In this document: positions 56,749-59,887 of the stretch, piece by piece
Position numbering within the stretch: the stretch's first letter is position 1
Layout: each line of letters starts with the position of its first letter
Source: a virus
Taxonomy: Duplodnaviria; Caudoviricetes
Virus record (IMG/VR): IMGVR_UViG_3300018017_000005
Span: 1-59,887 of that record
Reading direction: 5' to 3' (one strand)
DNA: 59,887 nt
Position numbers and translations under genes: made by a program
The notes under the pieces: model-generated
Told to the model about the DNA's origin: nothing
Database searches by the model: none
Seen by the model: only the letters and a program-made list of their open reading frames with translations

Positions 56749-57203
56749 TATCTGTACACATTCCTTTCTTTCCGCCGTCTACCAATCACGCCTACCTAAG
56801 CACAAGTCATGGGCGCATATTGACCAAAGAAGGAAAAAGGTACAAAACAGAAGTACAACATTTCTTAGGACAGCACTGCCCTGGTTTTATTGCTTTCTTC
56901 AAACCAAATATCGAGTACGAGATCCTATTCATGCTCTACTTCGAAGCGGGGTCCCTGTACACGAAGAGCTGGCCAAAAAATACTGAGGTATCCAGGCATA
57001 AAAGAATTGACGCGACAAATCGCGTTAAGCTATTAGAGGACGTGATTACAGAAACAGCCGGGTACAACGACTGCCAGCATTTCGCGTTTTCTGTAGTAAA
57101 AACGGAGGCTTCTGTAAATCAACACCCGTTTACAGATGTCTATGCATGGGACGAGCAGGAAGATGGACCCCTCGCAAGATACCGACACACAAGGATTGGC
57201 TGA
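56745..57203 (+). CDS. rusA: RusA-like Holliday-junction resolvase
   Basis: PPSTNHAY..LTKEG..YK, DATNRVKLLED and ND motifs. Confidence 0.8.
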   Translation: MISVHIPFFPPSTNHAYLSTSHGRILTKEGKRYKTEVQHFLGQHCPGFIAFFKPNIEYEILFMLYFEAGSLYTKSWPKNTEVSRHKRIDATNRVKLLEDVITETAGYNDCQHFAFSVVKTEASVNQHPFTDVYAWDEQEDGPLARYRHTRIG

Positions 57204-57558
57204 GCTATTCGTTCGTATGAATCGAACGGAGCTTTATCAGCACTGTCGCAGCGCGGGCTTGTCGGTACAACCGAATTGGCGAAGAGAGGATTATTTAGCT
57301 ACCCTTCTTGGTCCTACACCGCCTAAAACGGTGAATGTAATAGACGAGCTTCGCGAAGGCATTATCTTGTTTATCGGAGAATTCTGGAACACGCTACAAG
57401 CACAGCTGAAATGCCCCGCTAAGAATTTGCGTAGTCCAGACCCAGATAAAATAGATCCAAAACCTTGTTACCACTGTGTAGACATGCAAGTGGTGGCCTG
57501 CTGGAGTAATTTGTCTCCGGCGCATCAACAACGCCTTGTTCAATTAAGGAGAAAATAA
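57163..57558 (+). CDS. Hypothetical protein with C-terminal Cys cluster (131 aa)
   Basis: Start trimmed to MDPSQ; CPAK..CYHC..C. Confidence 0.65.
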   Translation: MDPSQDTDTQGLAELFVRMNRTELYQHCRSAGLSVQPNWRREDYLATLLGPTPPKTVNVIDELREGIILFIGEFWNTLQAQLKCPAKNLRSPDPDKIDPKPCYHCVDMQVVACWSNLSPAHQQRLVQLRRK

Positions 57559-58355
57559 TGTCTGGTCCGCCCGACATTCAAGCGATTATCGATGCCGCCC
57601 CTAGGGGCCTCGAAGAGATTGAAGCTACCTTACAGCTGTACGACCAATTCAGACTTCTGAACGGGCTGGGTTGGCTGTGTACGGAAGAGCAGCGCGCTGC
57701 TTTCACAAAACGCACTATGCGCGAACGCGCACAAACTGTTTACGAAGCATTGACCGATTACGACAAAAAGAAAGGCGGTACGAATACTATGAATAATCAG
57801 CCCATGGGACCAAACAACCAGATGCAACTCCCCGGTGCGCAAGGATATGGGCAACAGGGTATGGGAGGAGGCATGGGCCCTGCCATGGGAATGCCCCAAC
57901 AAACGAGCATGGGAGGTGGCATGGTAGGCAACGCACCTGTTATGGGTGGCCTCGGCGCTCCGCAAGGAGCAATGGGCATGGCACCCCAAGGCATGGGAGT
58001 GGCTATGAGTGGCCTTGGCGCACCCATTGGAAGTAGCGCACCCATGCCGCAGCCGGCGCAAGGTACGTCAGCATCCGAAGACCTTCATGCTGTGTGCACG
58101 ATCGTTGAAACTCTGGTTACTGCGGTAGACGCTCTGACCAAGAAACTGAATGCCGTATCGAATCTCACCTCTGCAAACTTGCTCGCTACAGTTATTGGGC
58201 TGGAGCGACTGTACGGTTCCAATGGAGCCAACGCGGATCGGCAGGGCGTTGTTCAGTTCTTGGCAGATACCATCAAGTCTGGTACCGGCAAAGCGGTAGG
58301 AGATAGCCTTATTGCCGCGTTCCCTACCCAACCGCAGCAACAGAAGAAAGCCTAA
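57558..58355 (+). CDS. Hypothetical protein with M/G/Q-rich low-complexity core (265 aa)
   Basis: SD AAGGAG; GQQGMGGGMGPAMGMP tract. Confidence 0.75.
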   Translation: MSGPPDIQAIIDAAPRGLEEIEATLQLYDQFRLLNGLGWLCTEEQRAAFTKRTMRERAQTVYEALTDYDKKKGGTNTMNNQPMGPNNQMQLPGAQGYGQQGMGGGMGPAMGMPQQTSMGGGMVGNAPVMGGLGAPQGAMGMAPQGMGVAMSGLGAPIGSSAPMPQPAQGTSASEDLHAVCTIVETLVTAVDALTKKLNAVSNLTSANLLATVIGLERLYGSNGANADRQGVVQFLADTIKSGTGKAVGDSLIAAFPTQPQQQKKA

Positions 58356-58530
58356 ACTTATCGTTATGGCCTGGGTGCGTCCTACCTAAACCAGAGGATC
58401 TTGTAGAAGTCAATGAATCGGCGCCCGAAGCCGTGCTAAAAGGCGTTGTGGCCTCTTTGGGCCTAGAGGTCTTTGGATCACCAGAACACGCGCTACGCCG
58501 CCTCCTGAGCGCTGCGTATACACCGTGAGA

Positions 58531-58561
58531 AAGGCGGAGACTACACTGGTCTCCGCTTTTT
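58531..58561. terminator. Intrinsic terminator between convergent units
   Basis: AAGGCGGAGAC-loop-GTCTCCGCTTT followed by a T-run. Confidence 0.85.
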
Positions 58562-58568
58562 ATTAGCC

Positions 58569-58763
58569 TTAGTTTACACGTTCATTAGCCTGCTGGCTAC
58601 GCACAAAGTTTTGAGATCCCGCGTTCGTGGGGTCTGCGGTGTGGGCTTGCACATAGTAGTTCGTGTACGGGGAGCTTGCATTCTGCGCCACGCTCGCCCA
58701 TGTCGTCCCCTGGAAAATCAGGTCCCAAATAGCTGCCTGTGCGGCATTCGATAAACCAGCCAT
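58569..58763 (-). pseudogene. Truncated fibre-subunit gene (64 aa, MAGLSNAAQ...HTADP)
   Basis: Strong SD TAAGGAG. Resembles the N-terminal half of common phage L/A-HTADP...YARV proteins, but similarity ends after GSQN and a stop follows. Confidence 0.55.
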
Positions 58764-58771
58764 GATACTCC

Positions 58772-59191
58772 TTAGGTGTAACCGAGAACGGCGTAGGCTG
58801 CGTTCGCGCCCGCGAACGTCAATGCAGCGTTCGTGAAGGACGTGTAGAGACCGAAGCTCAGTCCGTTCGCGAACGGGAGGCCCATCGGGAACGTGATAGG
58901 TGCCGGCTGTGCCGCAGTGTTCGCGGGCACGTACACCACCTGCGTGATGCCCGTGGGAGTCGCTCCCGGAGCTGCTGCCGTATCGGTGAGCACCAACCAA
59001 AGAGCGCTCGCCGTGGCGTTCACCACGTTGACGGTGAAGAGCTTGGCCGGCGCTCCCGAGTTTGCAGCAACCCCCGCACCCGTAGCCCATCCCTCATAAA
59101 AGGACGCAGGTGCTCCTCCGTAAGGGTTGCCAAATACATCTTCGAGGATGACGGGCTGAGCTTGTCCAGAGATAGGCGGTACGTGTGCCAT
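58772..59191 (-). CDS. Fibre-associated beta-sandwich protein (139 aa)
   Basis: AAGGA upstream; Thr/Ala/Gly-rich; GLPFANGLSFG motif. Confidence 0.7.
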   Translation of the reverse strand: MAHVPPISGQAQPVILEDVFGNPYGGAPASFYEGWATGAGVAANSGAPAKLFTVNVVNATASALWLVLTDTAAAPGATPTGITQVVYVPANTAAQPAPITFPMGLPFANGLSFGLYTSFTNAALTFAGANAAYAVLGYT

Positions 59192-59200
59192 TGTGAGCTA

Positions 59201-59224
59201 TCCTTTACGGTCCTTTACGGTCCT
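59201..59224. repeat. 10-bp tandem repeat TCCTTTACGG x2.4
   Basis: Read directly. It duplicates the stop codon region of the upstream gene and the SD of the next. Confidence 0.9.
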
Positions 59225-59886
59225 GCCATCTTGTACGCGACGCCGTTCGACGAAAGCCAAAACAGATCCCCGCCCGTGGCGTAGAGGATTCCTCCCCCCT
59301 CCGGTGTGCCGGCGGGAACAACGGAGCAGTTTCCAAAGAACACAACCCCGGCGCCACGTGTCGCAGGTGGACCCACTGAGTTGATCAAACCTACAACACC
59401 TGCGGAACCACCCGTGCCGCCCGCTCCCGGATAAATCAGAACGTCCCCGCCGATATTGGATGCATTCGAGCTGGGGTTGGTGTTGTTGCCTCCTATGATG
59501 GAGACCACACCGCCTTGGACAGCCGAGGGAGAATTCGCGCCTGACACGTAGACGGCGCCACCTTGTTTCCCTCCCGCACCACCCTGGATAACCGCATAGC
59601 CACCAACCCCGGAGGTAGAAGATGTGGCGGCACCTCCCAAGATGGTAGCGATGCCGCCCGTAACCGCTCCGCTTGCTGCAGTTGCGGCACCTCCTGTGAT
59701 ATTGGTCGCGCTTCCGTTACCCGAAGCATTCGCGGTGGGCTGAACAGTGATGGCGGAAGAGGTTGGGGACGCAACGCTCGAAACAGTGATCGAGGTAAAC
59801 GTGGGAGACAGACCGGAGGTGGTCGAAGTAAGACTGCCCGAAGAGTCCAGCGCGAGGAGAGAGGAGCTCGCAACGTTCCTGGCCGA
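59215..59886 (-). CDS. Gly/Ser/Thr-rich tail-fibre protein, 5'-partial
   Basis: Hand translation shows the frame stays open to the window end, beyond the track's TTG at 59640. Contains GG-x-V-x-I-x-GG repeats and a C-terminal PEGGGILYA motif. Confidence 0.75.
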   Translation of the reverse strand, partial: SARNVASSSLLALDSSGSLTSTTSGLSPTFTSITVSSVASPTSSAITVQPTANASGNGSATNITGGAATAASGAVTGGIATILGGAATSSTSGVGGYAVIQGGAGGKQGGAVYVSGANSPSAVQGGVVSIIGGNNTNPSSNASNIGGDVLIYPGAGGTGGSAGVVGLINSVGPPATRGAGVVFFGNCSVVPAGTPEGGGILYATGGDLFWLSSNGVAYKMAGP

Positions 59887-59887
59887 A

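Larger units (their letters stand above)
1..59887. mobile_element. Segment of a large tailed bacteriophage genome (probable myovirus encoding its own multisubunit RNAP)
   Basis: Terminase, portal, prohead protease, baseplate spike, fibre genes, phage-type replication cluster and RNAP are all present. No host housekeeping operons, rRNA or integrase were seen, and genes are packed with 1-4 nt overlaps. Confidence 0.95.

Noticed and set aside
221-59873. Numerous 60-200 aa ORFs antisense to or nested within long genes (e.g. 1325-1891, 11123-11776, 13137-13880, 47314-47883, 52063-52674)
   Set aside because: They are shadows of well-supported genes on the other strand or frame, with no motifs or SD.
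1-59887. CRISPR array, tRNA/rRNA genes, integrase or att sites
   Set aside because: No spaced direct repeats, cloverleafs or recombinase motifs were noticed by eye. The Cas4-like gene has no cas neighbours. A tRNAscan/Infernal run would be needed to exclude small RNAs.
1-59887. Stop-codon reassignment (alternative genetic code)
   Set aside because: Conserved genes are full length in code 11, and TAA, TAG and TGA all serve as stops.
1-59887. Specific host or taxon assignment
   Set aside because: Nothing in the sequence fixes it. Only the lipoprotein/spanin-like gene hints at a diderm host.

Overview
The window is a gene-dense segment of a large tailed dsDNA phage genome read in standard genetic code 11. 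A baseplate spike gene suggests a contractile tail. Minus-strand blocks carry morphogenesis genes: an HK97/assemblin-type prohead protease, a lambda gpA-type large terminase, a portal, many probable head/core proteins, fibre proteins, the spike, a u-spanin-like lipoprotein and a SNF2-like helicase. They also carry a single 2429-aa fused beta-beta' multisubunit RNA polymerase. Plus-strand blocks carry a MoxR AAA+/vWA pair and a replication/recombination set: SF2 helicase, family-4 UDG, DnaB-like helicase, primase, SSB-like protein, intein-containing PolA, HU-like protein, RecA, two resolvases, DUF262 and a Cas4-like nuclease. The most striking observations are four. (1) An atypical intein-like insert splits the RNAP catalytic DFDGD motif as DFDG-N-C...W-D-T, so canonical splicing would not restore the third Asp; it also contains an internal SD+ATG. 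(2) A K-x-A(S/A/G) motif pervades the head proteins, and a shared N-terminal leader ending in K-x-A looks like a capsid-targeting and proteolytic maturation code that also tags the SNF2 helicase. (3) A CAGGCATAA-n-A-n4-TG motif opens the two long plus-strand units and one small one. (4) One protein has 26 ungapped 21-aa repeats. All family assignments come from motif recognition by eye; no database search was run.
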